NCBI GenBank assembly: GCA_034439715.1
Contig: JAWXAY010000067.1
Coordinates: forward strand, 1 to 61,388
Reading direction: 5' to 3'
Origin: Pseudomonadota bacterium
GTDB taxonomy: Bacteria > Bdellovibrionota > Bdellovibrionia > Bdellovibrionales > SG-bin7
DNA length: 61,388 nt
Of this stretch, positions 59,677-61,388 are shown piece after piece. The notes beneath the pieces were generated by a model. The model made no database searches and had not been told where the DNA came from. It saw only the letters and a list, made by a program, of their open reading frames with translations. The translations under genes were made by a program, and so were the position numbers. Position 1 is the stretch's first letter; the number at the start of each line of letters is the position of its first letter.

Positions 59677-61088
59677 AAGACGTCAACAGTAAGGTTAGTC
59701 AGAAACTCAATATCTTTGCGAGTCGAACTTTTGTTGAGATTCCATTGTACTTCGCCCTTAACAGTTGATTTTACCATCAAGCCAAGAATTTTATGGTTAA
59801 TAAACGTATAGGCAAGTCCTGCGATAAGATTTTGTTCGTTACTGCTAGTATCAGAGACGAGTGACCTTTTAACTGCATTAAGATGCTCGAAACCCGCTGA
59901 AACTGTAAGTCCATCGGTGATATGACGAATTAAAAAAGCGCTTACTCCCTCTTCGACATTTTTAAGATCTGAGCCGTTTTTCACATAATCTAAAATTAAT
60001 TCGTTATTCTCATTAATTTTTGCAATTAAACCAACGGCGCCGCCAAACTTACCTGAGTAGCTTCCCACACTTCCGTAAACCTGAACTCCTTGGATAACAG
60101 AATCTTTGGAAAAGTTTTTATTGATAAGTACCCGAAGTAAAGAAGAATCGATTTTGGCCCATTTCATATGCTTTTCATATTTATCTTGGTCCAAAGTAGC
60201 AGCGGTGGCGATAAATTCTTTGCCGCTCAAAAATGGTATGCGATCGTGAAATAAATATAAGTCATAACGAACCGAAGTATTTTCGTCAATGCGAGTGATG
60301 ATTCCGGCATCTAGGGCTAATGTACTTGCGACTTGTTCTTGTACCCAGCTGTTAGCAGCTCGGTACCTTTCTAATTCACTTTGATTGTTTCGATCCAGCG
60401 CAGGTCCGGTTTCAATTTTAAATTTTCCACCTTTTACGAAAGCTAGAATATGTCCATCTTTTATGACTTTGCTAAAACCAATTGCGAACTCTTGGTACAT
60501 GGTTTCGGTACGAATTTCTTCAACACGATGATCGAGCTCGGCCTGCTTTTGGCTGCGAATAGCTTCGGCTTGATTACTAATTTCTTGACGAAGAGCCGCT
60601 TCACCATCGGCAATCAATTTACTCCGAAGTTGATCTTTCGCTGGCCCAGCTGGTACCGGGGCGATAGCAGAGTCTACTTTTTTTACCACGAGCGGCTGCA
60701 TTTGAGCAAAAGCCGATTGTTTTTTGATAGCAATTATGTGATCCAGCTTGTGACCAAGTTCTTTTTTTGTTTTATCTTCTAAAACAAATGGAACTATCGA
60801 AAACCTAAAAGTGGCTTCGTAAATAAAATCAGGAACTTCTCCTGAGCCATTTGAAAAGTGATTTAAGACCTCATGTAAATCGGCATTTCCGAAGCCCACG
60901 CTTAAATGAGAAGCGTTGCTGTCTTGTTCATTTGTCCCATAAGTAGTGGCAGCGAAAATTCCGGCGTGGGTCACCTTTAATGGGGTTAACTTTACGTCCA
61001 CACTATTGGTGGACGACGCTTGAGCTAATGCGACTGACGCAATTATTAGGGTCACGACACTTGTTAAAGCTTGTTTTATAATAGTCAT
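59670..61088 (-). CDS. Secreted or outer-membrane hypothetical protein (beta-rich with helical insert)
   Basis: GAGG RBS, signal peptide, amphipathic C-terminal strands ending in W. Confidence 0.65.
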   Translation of the reverse strand: MTIIKQALTSVVTLIIASVALAQASSTNSVDVKLTPLKVTHAGIFAATTYGTNEQDSNASHLSVGFGNADLHEVLNHFSNGSGEVPDFIYEATFRFSIVPFVLEDKTKKELGHKLDHIIAIKKQSAFAQMQPLVVKKVDSAIAPVPAGPAKDQLRSKLIADGEAALRQEISNQAEAIRSQKQAELDHRVEEIRTETMYQEFAIGFSKVIKDGHILAFVKGGKFKIETGPALDRNNQSELERYRAANSWVQEQVASTLALDAGIITRIDENTSVRYDLYLFHDRIPFLSGKEFIATAATLDQDKYEKHMKWAKIDSSLLRVLINKNFSKDSVIQGVQVYGSVGSYSGKFGGAVGLIAKINENNELILDYVKNGSDLKNVEEGVSAFLIRHITDGLTVSAGFEHLNAVKRSLVSDTSSNEQNLIAGLAYTFINHKILGLMVKSTVKGEVQWNLNKSSTRKDIEFLTNLTVDVLW

Positions 61089-61284
61089 AAAATCCTCTCG
61101 TAAACTTATCTGCAGTTACATATGCAAGATATGCCATTTTGCCGTGAATTTAGAGTAGGAGGGAGAGGACAAAGTAAGAGTTTGAATTTACTGAGATATT
61201 CAGTTTTTATAGTTTTGCGCGCTTTCTATTTGCACTGTCGATAATATTTACGATTTGGCAATTTTCGGGTCAAATACTTTACAA

Positions 61285-61388
61285 GTGCTATTAAATAAAT
61301 TGGGGACATCGGCGGGTATTTTTGAGTATCTCGCTGTACTGACTTGGATTTTAGTACTGGTATGGGCTTCGCAGTGGAGAAAAGAGAG
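61285..61388 (+). CDS. Possible N-terminus of a membrane protein running off the window
   Basis: Open frame ...GTSAGIFEYLAVLTWILVLVWASQWRKE with one hydrophobic helix. Confidence 0.3.
   Translation, partial: MLLNKLGTSAGIFEYLAVLTWILVLVWASQWRKE

Noticed and set aside
61123..61136. TGGCATATCTTGCA (minus strand) as a sigma54 promoter
   Set aside because: GG-to-GC spacing is 8 nt rather than the required 10

Overview
A gene-dense bacterial chromosomal segment, most likely from a Bdellovibrionota (Bdellovibrio/Oligoflexia-like) organism. This is inferred from a PopA/Bd0427-like major outer-membrane protein, lipoproteins with FQNC lipoboxes, an RDPAS motif and many Cys-containing secreted hypotheticals. 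The left 36 kb is mostly accessory or signalling content: a CheB/CheR-PAS-histidine kinase-REC hybrid with stand-alone CheB and REC genes, dedA-mgtE-hppD-L,D-transpeptidase, a triple-REC protein, GNATs, an ABC-F, a Gly-rich lipoprotein, SPFH, a secreted DUF2252 kinase-like protein, a mycobacterial Sdh1-type succinate dehydrogenase operon, beta-carbonic anhydrase, a modular Kelch lipoprotein and an AraC gene facing three divergent secreted paralogues next to tRNA-Glu/tRNA-Lys. The right 25 kb is mostly core: purA, serA-like, class V aminotransferase, lptE, holA, rpsT, murJ, mazG, 7TM-HD, ybeY, prfB with its +1 frameshift, lolE/D, phoD, cytochrome c peroxidase and outer-membrane barrels. The two strongest novelty candidates are (1) an unannotated ~80-nt sigma54-driven sRNA at ~23650-23727 with two identical UCCCCCCA loops, architecturally like myxobacterial Pxr, and (2) the AraC-linked array of three secreted paralogues that share only N- and C-terminal Cys motifs, downstream of tRNA-Glu. 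All family calls come from motif recognition; no database searches were run.
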